From NCBI GenBank assembly GCA_963727455.1, contig CAVSGG010000009.1:96001-160000 (forward strand): a DNA stretch of 64,000 nucleotides, given 5' to 3'. The position numbers and the translations under genes were made by a program. Within the stretch, counting starts at the first letter, position 1, and every line of letters begins with the position of its first letter. The notes under the pieces are model-generated. The model made no database searches, was not told the DNA's origin, and saw only the letters and a list, made by a program, of their open reading frames with translations. This document shows, piece after piece, positions 10,172 through 20,111 of the stretch. The stretch is from Candidatus Krumholzibacteriota bacterium. GTDB lineage: Bacteria; Krumholzibacteriota; Krumholzibacteriia; JAJRXK01.

Positions 10172-11203
10172 GTGAAACGACTTTCCGGGACGATCGCGGT
10201 CCTCGCGCTTCTGCTCTGTACCGCCAGCGCGTGCTTCTCAGCTCCCACCCTCAAGGAATATTTCGACAACTCGGGCAAGGACGACGTGCTCAGCGGCGGC
10301 GTCCGCATGATTCCCATCAGCACGCCCAAGGGCGAGTTTCAGGTCTGGACCAAACGGACCGGCAACAACCCCACGATCAAAGTGCTCTTGCTGCACGGCG
10401 GACCGGGCATGACCCACGAGTATCTCGAGGCCTTCGACAGCTATTTCCCGGGCGCGGGGATCGAGTACTACTACTACGACCAGCTGGGCTCCTTCTTCAG
10501 CGATCAGCCCGACGATCCCGATCTCTGGACGATCCCGCGTTTCGTCGAGGAGGTCGAACAGGTTCGCAAGGCACTCGGACTCACCAAGGACAACTTCTAT
10601 CTTTACGGCCACTCCTGGGGCGGCATCCTGGCGCTGGAGTACGCCCTCAAGTACCAGCAGCATCTGAAAGGCCTGATCATTTCGAACATGATGGCCTCAA
10701 CTCCTGCCTACAACGACTACGCGCATGAGGTGCTGATGCCGCAGATGGATCAGGCGGCTCTGAAGAAAATCGAGCAGCTGGAAGCCGAGGGGAAGACGGA
10801 CGACCCCCAGTACATGGGACTCCTGATGCCCAACTGGTACACGAAGCACATTCTGCGCATGCCGCCCGAGCAGTGGCCGAATCCGGTGAATCGCGCCATC
10901 CAGTACCTCAATCCGAAGATCTACGTGCTGATGCAGGGACCGAGCGAGATGGGGCTCTCCGGGAGACTCGCCAACTGGGACCGCACGGCCGATCTATCCA
11001 AGATCGCCGTGCCCACACTGACCATCGGGGCGAAGTACGGCACCATGGATCCCGATCACATGAAAATGATGGCCCAGAAGGTGCAGAAGGGGCGTTTCCT
11101 CTTCTGCCCCAAGGGAAGCCACTTGGCGATGTACGACGACCAAAAGACCTACATGAAGGGCGTTATTGAGTTCCTGAAGGACGTCGACGCCGGTCGTTTT
11201 TGA
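10172..11203 (+). CDS. Proline iminopeptidase-family alpha/beta hydrolase with signal peptide
   Basis: LHGGPG, YDQLGS, GHSWGG nucleophile, GSHL catalytic His; hydrophobic N-terminus. Confidence 0.88.
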   Translation: MKRLSGTIAVLALLLCTASACFSAPTLKEYFDNSGKDDVLSGGVRMIPISTPKGEFQVWTKRTGNNPTIKVLLLHGGPGMTHEYLEAFDSYFPGAGIEYYYYDQLGSFFSDQPDDPDLWTIPRFVEEVEQVRKALGLTKDNFYLYGHSWGGILALEYALKYQQHLKGLIISNMMASTPAYNDYAHEVLMPQMDQAALKKIEQLEAEGKTDDPQYMGLLMPNWYTKHILRMPPEQWPNPVNRAIQYLNPKIYVLMQGPSEMGLSGRLANWDRTADLSKIAVPTLTIGAKYGTMDPDHMKMMAQKVQKGRFLFCPKGSHLAMYDDQKTYMKGVIEFLKDVDAGRF

Positions 11204-11271
11204 ACCCTAGGCGAGACTGCCGACCAGGAGCAGGAAGGAAGCGATCGGCGCACCGGGCCCAATGCCATGGC

Positions 11272-11820
11272 TCAGGGACCGGCAACGAGTTCGGCACCGG
11301 ACTGCAAGCCCAGTTGACCCATGCTCGAAGCGTAGAAACGCAGACCGATGTGGGTGGCGCCAGTATCGCGCAGCGCCGCCACGAAAGCCGTCACGTCGAG
11401 CTTGAAATCCTTGCGTTCAGCGACATCCAAATCATACACGCCGAGGTAGAGCCCCGCATTGTAGTCACTGGCGTTCGCCAGGCCATTGCCCGCGTAAACC
11501 GCGACTTTGAAGGTGCCCGCTGTATCATTGGGACCGTAGCTGAGGTCGCTGACCGACGCGTCGACTTCAACGTGATCGGTGACGGGAAAATCGAGGGCGA
11601 ACTCGAGCATCGCCTGGTCCTGTGACAGATCGAAAATACCCGGGATTCCAATGGGGTTGATCGTGGATCCGTTGCGCACCGCGAACTCCACGGCGGGAGA
11701 CCTCGTGTAGGTCGGGGGGACCGCGACTGGATCATTACTTTTGCAGCCGTTTCCAAGAGCGAGAAACGCGAGGCATCCGCAGACGAGACCGACGCGAGAG
11801 AGTCTTCGCACACGGGGCAT
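11272..11820 (-). CDS. Hypothetical lipoprotein
   Basis: AGGAGG RBS, basic N-terminus, hydrophobic core, lipobox-like LGNGC; beta-rich mature part. Confidence 0.6.
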   Translation of the reverse strand: MPRVRRLSRVGLVCGCLAFLALGNGCKSNDPVAVPPTYTRSPAVEFAVRNGSTINPIGIPGIFDLSQDQAMLEFALDFPVTDHVEVDASVSDLSYGPNDTAGTFKVAVYAGNGLANASDYNAGLYLGVYDLDVAERKDFKLDVTAFVAALRDTGATHIGLRFYASSMGQLGLQSGAELVAGP

Positions 11821-11927
11821 GACACGCCTCCTCATCTTGGCATTGTAGGAACTCCATCGGCGAGGGTTTGACAATAGAAGACGGAGAGCGCTTTCGGCAA
11901 GTCAATCTACGAATTAAAAGGCGAGCT

Positions 11928-12581
11928 TCAGACCAACAACTCGATGAGTTCGGCGAAGGAGTCGAGGAGTACATCCGGATTCGCGGCGCGCAGATCCTGC
12001 ACGTCTCCGATGCCGTAAGCGAGCGCGATGGAAACACAGCCCACCGCGTGCGCGGCTTTGACGTCGTTCTTGGAATCGCCCACCATCCAGGCTTCCTTCG
12101 CGTCCACCTTCAGTTCGTCCAGCACCAATTGCAGAAGATCGGGGGCCGGCTTCACCGGTACTCCTCTGCGCGCTCCCACGATCGCGTCGAAATACTGCGC
12201 CAGTCCCACACCCGCGACCACCTTCGTCGTGAATTCGTCGGGCTTGTTGCTCACCACGCCCATGCGGATCCCGCGCGTTTGCAGGGCCGTCAGCGTTTCC
12301 TTTACGCCGGGGTAAGTCTTGGTGTGATCGAGAAGGTGATCCGCGTAGATCTCACGGAAGCGCAGGAGAGCGCCGTCGACCTCCGTCGGAGATTCTCCGA
12401 GGGCGCGGGCGACGAGCATGCGCGCGCCATCCCCGATGTAGCCGCGCACGGTCTCCTCGCGCAGAGGCGCCAGGCCCCGCTCCCGGAGCATCAGATTGCA
12501 GGCCACGGTGAGATCACCGACGGAATCGACGAGGGTGCCGTCGAGATCGAAGCAGATTGCCCGGGGTGCGGTGAAGTTCAT
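11928..12581 (-). CDS. gph: HAD hydrolase, phosphoglycolate phosphatase-like
   Basis: FDLDGTLVDS, VVSNK, KPAP, MVGDS..D motifs. Confidence 0.85.
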   Translation of the reverse strand: MNFTAPRAICFDLDGTLVDSVGDLTVACNLMLRERGLAPLREETVRGYIGDGARMLVARALGESPTEVDGALLRFREIYADHLLDHTKTYPGVKETLTALQTRGIRMGVVSNKPDEFTTKVVAGVGLAQYFDAIVGARRGVPVKPAPDLLQLVLDELKVDAKEAWMVGDSKNDVKAAHAVGCVSIALAYGIGDVQDLRAANPDVLLDSFAELIELLV

Positions 12582-12688
12582 GCTGGGAAAGCTACCTCCC
12601 AGGGTAGTCCTGCGCAAGAAAGGCGTACCAGAGACGAAAGCACGGTGCAAACGGCGCGAAATCCGCTCCTGATTCTTGTGAGCATGAC

Positions 12689-12718
12689 TTGAAAAGGCCC
12701 GGAATCAGGGGCTATACT
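12689..12718 (+). promoter_or_regulatory. Sigma70-type promoter
   Basis: TTGAAA (12689-94), N18, TATACT (12713-18). Confidence 0.5.
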
Positions 12719-13113
12719 CGCCACAGCTCCATGAGCCGGGTGCACCCCTGAACGCCAACGAGTTGGCGGACTTGCTCGGCTCGAACTGGGGAAGCGATCT
12801 CGCCAACGGTGCCCTCGTCGAGGGCCGGTTCGACACCACCGACTGCGGGATCGTCGGCCGGGGGGTTGCGAGCACCGACATCTGCTCGACGACCGGATGC
12901 CCATGCGATGCAGAGACCGGACCACGGATTCTGACTCGCATTCGCCGTGGCCCCGCCACATTGGCACCTTTGCTCTGCAGCCGCTTTTGACATGGCGACC
13001 CTTCGGCTTCCCCAGGAGTTTTTTGACCCAAGGCCTCTTCCTTCTTGACGATCGCGCGGGCTCCCTCTAAGGAGAGGGAGCCCCGTTCGTTTCCCTTCGG
13101 GAGGTTCTACAAG

Positions 13114-13761
13114 ATGGCACGCGAAGACACCCCAGATCGCCGTCCCCTGCTCTACGGCATCGCAGCCCTTCTCATCTTGTGCGCCGCGCTCTTCCTCTTC
13201 TGGCCGCGGGGGCCCAAGAACGAGCTCAGCACGATGACTCTCACTCCGCCGAGCGCGGAGAACCAGGTCCAGGCCGGGCAAGTGAACCCCGAGGACTCGG
13301 CCACCGCCACCTCCGATGAGCTGGCAAAGCCCGAGGAGACGCCGCAGGAGAGTCTCTCGACGGAAGATCAGCCACAGCAGGCCGTGGCGCCCAAGCAGAG
13401 TCAGCCCGAGCCGAGTCCCACCAAGGCCGTGACCCCGGCACAGACGGCAAGCTCGTCGCCGGCCCCGCTGAGCCACGAGAAGACGGCGCAGAAGCTCAAC
13501 ACCTCTCTGGTACAACCGACTTCCAGCGGCCGCTATCTGCTCAATCTGGGTTCCTTCGGGAGTCACTCCAACGCCCAGCGGCGGGTGGACGAGCTGCGCG
13601 CGAACGGGGTGCCAGCCGACGTGGCCCAGGGAACCAAGCCCGACGGCAGTCCGATCTACCGGGTGCGTGTGGCGTACTTCGAGGGGCATAGCCTGGCCAA
13701 GGCCTATGGCGAAGACCTGAAGCGGCGGCTGGGTCTGGATTACTGGATCTCCGAGCGCTGA
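13114..13761 (+). CDS. SPOR-domain membrane protein (FtsN/DedD-like)
   Basis: N-terminal TM helix, P/Q/S/T-rich linker, C-terminal YLLNLGSF...YRVRVAYF SPOR domain. Confidence 0.8.
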   Translation: MAREDTPDRRPLLYGIAALLILCAALFLFWPRGPKNELSTMTLTPPSAENQVQAGQVNPEDSATATSDELAKPEETPQESLSTEDQPQQAVAPKQSQPEPSPTKAVTPAQTASSSPAPLSHEKTAQKLNTSLVQPTSSGRYLLNLGSFGSHSNAQRRVDELRANGVPADVAQGTKPDGSPIYRVRVAYFEGHSLAKAYGEDLKRRLGLDYWISER

Positions 13762-13883
13762 GGGTCGATCCAGCCCCGGATTTCTGAGTTCCGAAGGCAC
13801 TCTTTCGGCCCCCGCCGGTCCGCGATATACTGATCTTTGGACTTCCGATCTCCCTTGCCTTTAATTTTCGCCTGAGGTACGCC

Positions 13884-16034
13884 TTGCCGACGAAGCGGAA
13901 TCCCAAACAAGCACCCCTGAAGGACTTGGACCGTTCCGCCCTGCTTGCCGCCTACCGGACGATGGTCAGCGCGCGGGCGGTGGACGACGAGGAGATCAAG
14001 CTCAAGCGGAAGAATCAGATCTACTTCCAGATCTCTGGCGCCGGTCACGAGGCGGTGCTCACGGCCGCCGGCATGGTCCTGCGGCCGGCCTACGACTACT
14101 TCCTGCCCTACTACCGCGACCGCGCGCTCTGCATGCAGCTGGGCATGACCCCCTATGAGATGTTCCTGCAGGGCGTGGGCGCCGAGGACGACCCCAACAG
14201 CGGTGGGCGGCAGATGCCGGCTCACTGGGGGCACGCTGCCCTGAACATCGTGTCCAAGAGTTCCTGCACCGGCATGCAGACCCTGCATGCGGTGGGCGTC
14301 GCCGAAGCGGGCCGCTATCTGGAGAGCTTCGAGGAAGCGCGCGCCGGAGCGAGTGAATTCCACGCGGACGAAGTCGTGTATATGTCGGTGGGAGACGGCT
14401 CGATCAGCGAGGGCGAGTTTTGGGAAGGACTCAACAGTGCCTGCAATCTGAAGCTGCCCGTCCTCATTCTGGTCGAGGACAACGGCTACGCCATCTCCAC
14501 TCCCAACACGGTTCAGACCGCCGGGATCCCCATCCACGAGCTGGTGGCCTCGCATCCCCATCTCGGGGTGTGGAACGTGGATGGCACCGATTTCCGCGCC
14601 TCGTACGAGGTTCTCAAGGCGGCCGCCGCGCACTGCCGCGAGAGGAAGGGCCCCGCCCTGGTCCGCGCGACCACTGTTCGCCCCTACTCCCACTCGATGA
14701 GCGACGATCAGAGGCTCTACCGCGGCGAGAAGGAACTCGAAGAAGAAACGCACCTGGATCCCCTGCGCCGTATGCGCCGCGATCTCATCGAAAACGAGGG
14801 AGTGAAGGCCGAGGACCTGGACGCGCTGGAGGCCGAGTGCCGCGCCGACGCCAAGGAGGCCTCTCTCAGGGCGCAGTCCGCGAAGCGGCACCCACCTGAG
14901 AACGCTTTGCTCTACCTCTACAGCGAGAAGAGAGATGCCACCGGGCCCGAGTTCGACCATCCGCAAGAGAGCGCGCAGTCGAAGGGCGGCAACGGCACCG
15001 GCGCTGAGAAATCGATTTCCATGCTGGAGGCGATCAACCGCACCCTGCACGACGAAATGGCGCACGACGCGCGGATGCTCGTCTTCGGAGAGGACGTGGC
15101 CGACGCCACCAAGGAAGAGGTCTTGGGCGAGTGCAAGGGTAAGGGTGGTGTCTTCAAGGCCACGGCCGGGCTCCAGCGCGCCTTCGGGCCCCAGCGCGTG
15201 TTCAACTCTCCACTCGCCGAAGCCAACATCGTCGGCCGCGCGGTGGGAATGGCAACGCGCGGACTCAAGCCGGTCGTGGAGATTCAGTTCCTGGACTACA
15301 TCTGGCCCGCCTACATGCAGATCAAGAACGAGCTAGCCACCATGCGCTGGCGCTCCTACGACAGCTGGAAAGCGCCGGTCGTGGTGCGTGTCGCGGCCGG
15401 AGGATACCTCCAGGGTGGCGCGATGTATCACAGCCAGAGCGGCGTGAACCTCTTCGCCAGCATTCCCGGCCTGCGAGTGGTCATGCCAAGTGAAGCGCGG
15501 GATGCCGTCGGACTCTTGCGAACCGCGATCCGCTGCGATGATCCGGTGATCTTCCTCGAACACAAACATCTCTACCGTCAGCCCTACGGAAAGTCGATCT
15601 ATCCCGGTTCGGATTTCATGATTCCCTTCGGCAAAGCGCGGCTGCATCAGGAAGGAAGCGATGTCACCATCGTGACCTACGGCGCTCTCGTGCATCGCAG
15701 TGAACTGGCGGCCAAACAACTGCAGAAGGAGACGGGTCTCTCGGTGGAGATCCTGGACCTGCGGTCTTTGAGCCCCTGGGATCACGAGGCGGTGGCCGAG
15801 AGCGTACGGAAAACCAATCGCTGCGTGGTGGTCTACGAGGATCCCAGAAGCCTGGGTTACGGCGCCGAGATCGCGGCCTGGATCGCCGACGAACTCTTCG
15901 AATATCTCGACGCTCCGGTACGGCGCGTCGCGGCGCTGGATACTCACATCGCCTACGAGCCCAAGACAGAACGGGCGACGCTCCCTCAAACCGAAGACGT
16001 CGCCCGGGCTCTGCAAGAAATCGCGCGCTACTAG
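13884..16034 (+). CDS. 2-oxoacid (branched-chain/pyruvate) dehydrogenase E1, fused alpha+beta subunits
   Basis: [13 protein letters not shown], ThDP motif [15 protein letters not shown]; beta part FGEDV, NSPLAE, EIQF, HSQS, EHKHLY. Confidence 0.92.
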   Translation: MPTKRNPKQAPLKDLDRSALLAAYRTMVSARAVDDEEIKLKRKNQIYFQISGAGHEAVLTAAGMVLRPAYDYFLPYYRDRALCMQLGMTPYEMFLQGVGAEDDPNSGGRQMPAHWGHAALNIVSKSSCTGMQTLHAVGVAEAGRYLESFEEARAGASEFHADEVVYMSVGDGSISEGEFWEGLNSACNLKLPVLILVEDNGYAISTPNTVQTAGIPIHELVASHPHLGVWNVDGTDFRASYEVLKAAAAHCRERKGPALVRATTVRPYSHSMSDDQRLYRGEKELEEETHLDPLRRMRRDLIENEGVKAEDLDALEAECRADAKEASLRAQSAKRHPPENALLYLYSEKRDATGPEFDHPQESAQSKGGNGTGAEKSISMLEAINRTLHDEMAHDARMLVFGEDVADATKEEVLGECKGKGGVFKATAGLQRAFGPQRVFNSPLAEANIVGRAVGMATRGLKPVVEIQFLDYIWPAYMQIKNELATMRWRSYDSWKAPVVVRVAAGGYLQGGAMYHSQSGVNLFASIPGLRVVMPSEARDAVGLLRTAIRCDDPVIFLEHKHLYRQPYGKSIYPGSDFMIPFGKARLHQEGSDVTIVTYGALVHRSELAAKQLQKETGLSVEILDLRSLSPWDHEAVAESVRKTNRCVVVYEDPRSLGYGAEIAAWIADELFEYLDAPVRRVAALDTHIAYEPKTERATLPQTEDVARALQEIARY

Positions 16035-16076
16035 AGTCTCAGCTCAAAGCCAGGCTGAGAAGCACCCCCTGCCGAA

Positions 16077-17441
16077 CTAGGATTCGCCCACCAAAATGGT
16101 GGTCGTGTGCTCGCTCATCTTCACCGGCTCGGCTTCCTCGTCCGGAATTCCCAAATAGCCCGCGACGGCCTGCGGCACCCTCGCATACCACACCGTGGCG
16201 GTCACCTGCACCGTTCCAGCCGCGATCTCCTCGGGGAGGGTCCAGCGGAAGGATTCGTTGACGGCCTTGAGCGGGGCGAGACGGTAGTCGGGTCCGAATC
16301 CAGCCGTGTTCCACTGGGCGATCGTCATGCGGCCCTGAGGATCGAGATAGGGCATCCGGAAGATGCGGTCGCCCGCGGGAACCGGTGCATCCCGAAGCAG
16401 CCCAGCGAATTCGTCGAGATCCTGGATGTCCCCGATGTCCTGGTACGCCATTGCGCTGGCCGATGCCACCGTCCATTCCTCGCCTTCGAATCCCTTCAAC
16501 TCGACCGGCAAGTGATAGATCTTCCCCGCCGCATCCACGGCTCTCACGTCGAGCCACACCATTCTTTCCTCAGCCGATCCCGAAGGAATCATGTGCGCGG
16601 CCTTAGCGTTCACCACCGTCGCGGTGAATTGCGTCTCGTCCCCCGCCTGCGCCTGCGCACGGAGGGGGTGAATGCGAACTTCCACCGCTCCGGCCAGCTT
16701 GCCCAGGTCGTGCGCGCCATGGAAGAGATGTTGACGTACATCGGGATGGTCCAAGCCACCGGCGTCGGGGGCAGAGTTCCCTGCCGCGGGCGGCATGTGG
16801 CAATCCTGGCACACGATCCCGGCCTTGGCCTGGGGACTGTCCTTCCATTCGAGATGCGTGGCCTTCACCCACTGACCCCACGGGTCCTTTTCGTTGTGAC
16901 AGGTGCCGCAGAATTCGGCGCTCATGAGGAAGGGGTTGGCTTGAATCGCATGGACCGGGCTCTCGGTTCCCTCACGCACACCCTGCTTGGCTGGGCCCGG
17001 CTGTACGATGTAGTTGAAGTTGAACGGCACATCGCCCGCAAAGCCGGTGATGGAGTGACAGAGATCGCAACTCACTCCCTCGTTGGCGCGCGTTCCTTCC
17101 GCGGGACGGCCGGGGGGAATGTCGCCGGCAAGAAACGCCAGAGGTGCGTGACATCCGTTGCACCCCGCCTTGACTCCCGCCACCTTCGCGAACTTCTCCG
17201 CGTGCGGTAACGCCAGCTTGAAGTATTCGATTTCGTCCCAGTGGTGAGTGAAGCTCTGTGACATCAGTGACTGTTCATATTGGGGCACGATGTTCACGTG
17301 ACACTCGAGACAGGTCTGATTGGTCTCGAAATCGTCATAGCTCCTCGTGCCCAGTGCGGCGTCGCCCGCGGGCGCGTCGGCGTGAGCAACCCATGGCAAA
17401 ACACAGAAAAGAGTGAATAGAGCGAACACGGTCGACTTCAT
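16077..17441 (-). CDS. Secreted multiheme (5 CxxCH) c-type cytochrome
   Basis: RBS AAGGAGG, Sec signal (AHA), CLECH, CNGCH, CDLCH, CGTCH, CQDCH; C-terminal beta domain with AHMIPSG. Confidence 0.88.
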   Translation of the reverse strand: MKSTVFALFTLFCVLPWVAHADAPAGDAALGTRSYDDFETNQTCLECHVNIVPQYEQSLMSQSFTHHWDEIEYFKLALPHAEKFAKVAGVKAGCNGCHAPLAFLAGDIPPGRPAEGTRANEGVSCDLCHSITGFAGDVPFNFNYIVQPGPAKQGVREGTESPVHAIQANPFLMSAEFCGTCHNEKDPWGQWVKATHLEWKDSPQAKAGIVCQDCHMPPAAGNSAPDAGGLDHPDVRQHLFHGAHDLGKLAGAVEVRIHPLRAQAQAGDETQFTATVVNAKAAHMIPSGSAEERMVWLDVRAVDAAGKIYHLPVELKGFEGEEWTVASASAMAYQDIGDIQDLDEFAGLLRDAPVPAGDRIFRMPYLDPQGRMTIAQWNTAGFGPDYRLAPLKAVNESFRWTLPEEIAAGTVQVTATVWYARVPQAVAGYLGIPDEEAEPVKMSEHTTTILVGES

Positions 17442-17717
17442 GGGTTTCCTCCTTGGCACTTGGGATCCATGGGAACTGCCGCGAAGATAGAACTTCGTCG
17501 CGGGAGATCCTAGCCTGCCGCTTCGCACGAGACTTCGACTTTCGACTGTCCTGATTTCGCTGAGGAAAGCCCCCCGTTGCGAGGGGCGGCCCGAGTCCAG
17601 GGGCGCATGCGTTTACTGTCCGTATACATTCGAATTTCGCTCGGCCCGAGTCCTCGTGATGGAGCCGTAGACTCGGATTGGAGTTCGACGGCGTTCGCGC
17701 CGCCAAAACACTCGGGC

Positions 17718-18137
17718 CTAGCGCGGCGAAGCGGCGCGGCGAGCGAAGAAGAAGTAGAGCGCCGCCCACACGAAATCACCCGCAGCGAGAAGACAATAGG
17801 CCAAGGCTCCTTGGGGGCGATGCCAGAAGACGATTCCCAAAATTCCCAAGGCTCCGGTCACGCGCATCGCGATGGAGAGATCGACCAAGGGTGGGCAGCG
17901 ACGGGCGGTCTCTGCCGCGGTCAGATAGACCAAGGGGAGCACGAGCAGGGGCAAAGTCGCCAAACGGAACAGAAAGGGCGAGCACGGCGCAGGATGCGAG
18001 AAGAGCGAGAAGAGCCATGTCGGCATGGCCAAGAGCAAGATGAACCAGAGCCAGTCGTAGAGCGCACTCAAACGCAAGATGAGAATCAGAGGACGCAGGG
18101 AGCTCGGTTGGATTTTGGGTGATTCCACAAGTCTCAC
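17718..18137 (-). CDS. Small integral membrane protein (about 4 TM)
   Basis: Four hydrophobic segments; directly downstream of the deacetylase gene. Confidence 0.6.
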   Translation of the reverse strand: MRLVESPKIQPSSLRPLILILRLSALYDWLWFILLLAMPTWLFSLFSHPAPCSPFLFRLATLPLLVLPLVYLTAAETARRCPPLVDLSIAMRVTGALGILGIVFWHRPQGALAYCLLAAGDFVWAALYFFFARRAASPR

Positions 18138-18161
18138 TCTCCCGTCGTTTCCGTTCGACCG

Positions 18162-18875
18162 CTAGATGCTGAAGAGGGTCTCTACCGTTCCTCCCAGAGC
18201 GTCTTCGCTCAGAAGGGCCTCGGCCATCCCCACGTGTAGTCGAGACCCCATGGCGCGTCTCTGGGCGAGCAGGATGTCCAGGATCGACTGCGGACCGCGA
18301 CCGATGGGCATCTGACTCGCGTAGGCCTGAATGGCGCGCGTGAGCGTCTCTTCATGTTCGGAGACATCCACGACAAAACTGGGGTGCACGGTTTCGGGCA
18401 GCATGTAGTAGAAGAGCCGCTTCACCTGGTGAGGTTCTCCCTGGGGTAGAGCCTTGCGCAGGCGTGCCAGCTTGCAGCCATCGCGAGCCAAGAGACCCGC
18501 GGCGAGATGATCCACGTTGGCTCTTCCGTCGAGGTGGCTGGCTCGATTGTCGGGATAGGGCGCCAGGACCAGTGTGGGTCGGAGTTCTCGCAGGAGCTGC
18601 GCGATGCGCACTCGACTCTCTCGATCGTTTTCGACACCCGTGTCCTTGAAGTCGAGGATTCGGTGTTCACAGCCCAGAATTCGCGCCGCTTCCGCCGCTT
18701 CGCGCGCGCGCCCTTCAGGCGATCCCCAGCTGCCCGCCTCTCCGGCGGTGAGAGCGACAATCATGATTCGGCGCCCCGCCGCGCTCATGGCGGCCACGAT
18801 TCCGCCAATCGCCATTTCCGCGTCGTCGGGATGTGCGCCAATCACGAGCGCGTCGAGAGAATCTTGCTTGGACAT
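18162..18875 (-). CDS. PIG-L/LmbE-family deacetylase (BshB1-like)
   Basis: GAHPDD metal motif, LTAGE, R.REA..A, DH, VVDVS, AYASQ. Confidence 0.85.
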   Translation of the reverse strand: MSKQDSLDALVIGAHPDDAEMAIGGIVAAMSAAGRRIMIVALTAGEAGSWGSPEGRAREAAEAARILGCEHRILDFKDTGVENDRESRVRIAQLLRELRPTLVLAPYPDNRASHLDGRANVDHLAAGLLARDGCKLARLRKALPQGEPHQVKRLFYYMLPETVHPSFVVDVSEHEETLTRAIQAYASQMPIGRGPQSILDILLAQRRAMGSRLHVGMAEALLSEDALGGTVETLFSI

Positions 18876-19042
18876 GTCGTGATGGTATCCACAGGCCTCG
18901 CAGGGCACAAGCTCTTCCCCTCTCACGCCTGCGCTGATGCCCCAAATGCACTGAGGCTTGCGCTTTAGCGCGACCCCGATAAACTAGGGGCTCCTTGGGA
19001 AAGCAGAAAATCCATTCGAACGGAGCGAAAAGGAGACTTTCC

Positions 19043-20065
19043 GTGAGACTACTTGCGACCCTCATGAGCATCCTTCTGTTGGGCCCGCTTCTTGGCAGTG
19101 GAGTCTCCCGGGCGGAGGACGAAGTGACGCCGGGACCGTGGCAATTCGAAATGCTCGCGGGGCTCAACCTCAACCAGAGCGCGTTCTCGAACAACTGGAG
19201 CGGCGGAGACCGAGGGTCCTACGCCTGGGCCATCAAGTCCGATCTGCGCGCGGAACGTCAATTCACGCAGGCCTTCAACTGGACGAACACCCTGAGCCTG
19301 GCCTACGGCCTCACCGCCAAGCAGGTGCCCAAGCCCGACAAGCCGCAAGAGAAGGTCTGGGATCACCCCCAGAAGAGCGACGACCAGATCCTGCTGGAAT
19401 CGACGGCCCGTTGGGGCCAGACCTCGCTCAACCCCTACCTCCAGTTCCGCTTCGAGACGCAGTTCCTGGACAAGAGCGATCCACGCGGAGCTTTCAACTT
19501 CAATCCGCTACGCTTCAACGAAGTGGCCGGTATCACCAAGGTGTTTGAGAAGACCGAAAAGCGGGAAATCCTCACCCGACTCGGGTTCAGCCTGCGCGAG
19601 AACGTCGCCAGAACTTTTCAAGACCTGGCCGGCGATCAGACCACGACAAGCAGCACGATGGACGGTGGATTGGAATGGCAGAGCATCGCGGGCTTTCCCT
19701 TTTCCAAGGAACGTTTCACTTTGAACTCGCGTCTGGTTCTCTTTCTTCCCGTTTTCTACTCGGCCAAGAGTGATTTGGAAGCATTCGACCAGGACAGGAT
19801 CGATGCGGGAATTCCAGGCGACGCCGTCGCCGACTACTGGAAAGTGCCGAGCGCTGACTGGCAGAACACTCTCACGGCCAAGATCACCGACCTCATGTCG
19901 GTGAACCTGTTTTTTCAGCTCGTCTACGAGAAATTCGACTCGAGCACCAACCTGAATCCCGACTTGCCGCTGGACGTGCGCACGGCCAATGCCGACGTGG
20001 GTATCCGCAAGGCGGCGCAATGGAAACAGACTCTGGCCCTGAGCTTGAGTTACCGCTTCTTCTAG
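19043..20065 (+). CDS. DUF3078-like outer-membrane beta-barrel protein
   Basis: RBS AAGGAG plus GTG, signal peptide, LNQSAFSNNWSGG, KSDD, ends SLSYRFF (C-terminal aromatic beta signal). Confidence 0.75.
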   Translation: MRLLATLMSILLLGPLLGSGVSRAEDEVTPGPWQFEMLAGLNLNQSAFSNNWSGGDRGSYAWAIKSDLRAERQFTQAFNWTNTLSLAYGLTAKQVPKPDKPQEKVWDHPQKSDDQILLESTARWGQTSLNPYLQFRFETQFLDKSDPRGAFNFNPLRFNEVAGITKVFEKTEKREILTRLGFSLRENVARTFQDLAGDQTTTSSTMDGGLEWQSIAGFPFSKERFTLNSRLVLFLPVFYSAKSDLEAFDQDRIDAGIPGDAVADYWKVPSADWQNTLTAKITDLMSVNLFFQLVYEKFDSSTNLNPDLPLDVRTANADVGIRKAAQWKQTLALSLSYRFF

Positions 20066-20111
20066 TCCGCGAGCTTCAACGACAATTTCCCCGTTCAAGG
20101 AACGTTTCGAC

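Noticed and set aside
12790-12845. tRNA-Sec-like fragments (GGAAG..CGGTG..GGTTCGAC)
   Set aside because: No anticodon arm, T-stem does not pair, and no matching acceptor 3' strand or CCA.
12731-12934. Possible selenoprotein: ATG..CCC-TGA followed by hairpin CGCCAA-CGAG-TTGGCG
   Set aside because: The read-through frame is S/P/T/A/R-rich off-frame sequence with no redox motif.
17561-17610. GAGGAAAG resembling RNase P RNA
   Set aside because: Lacks the GUCC continuation and the other conserved regions; the intergenic space is too short.
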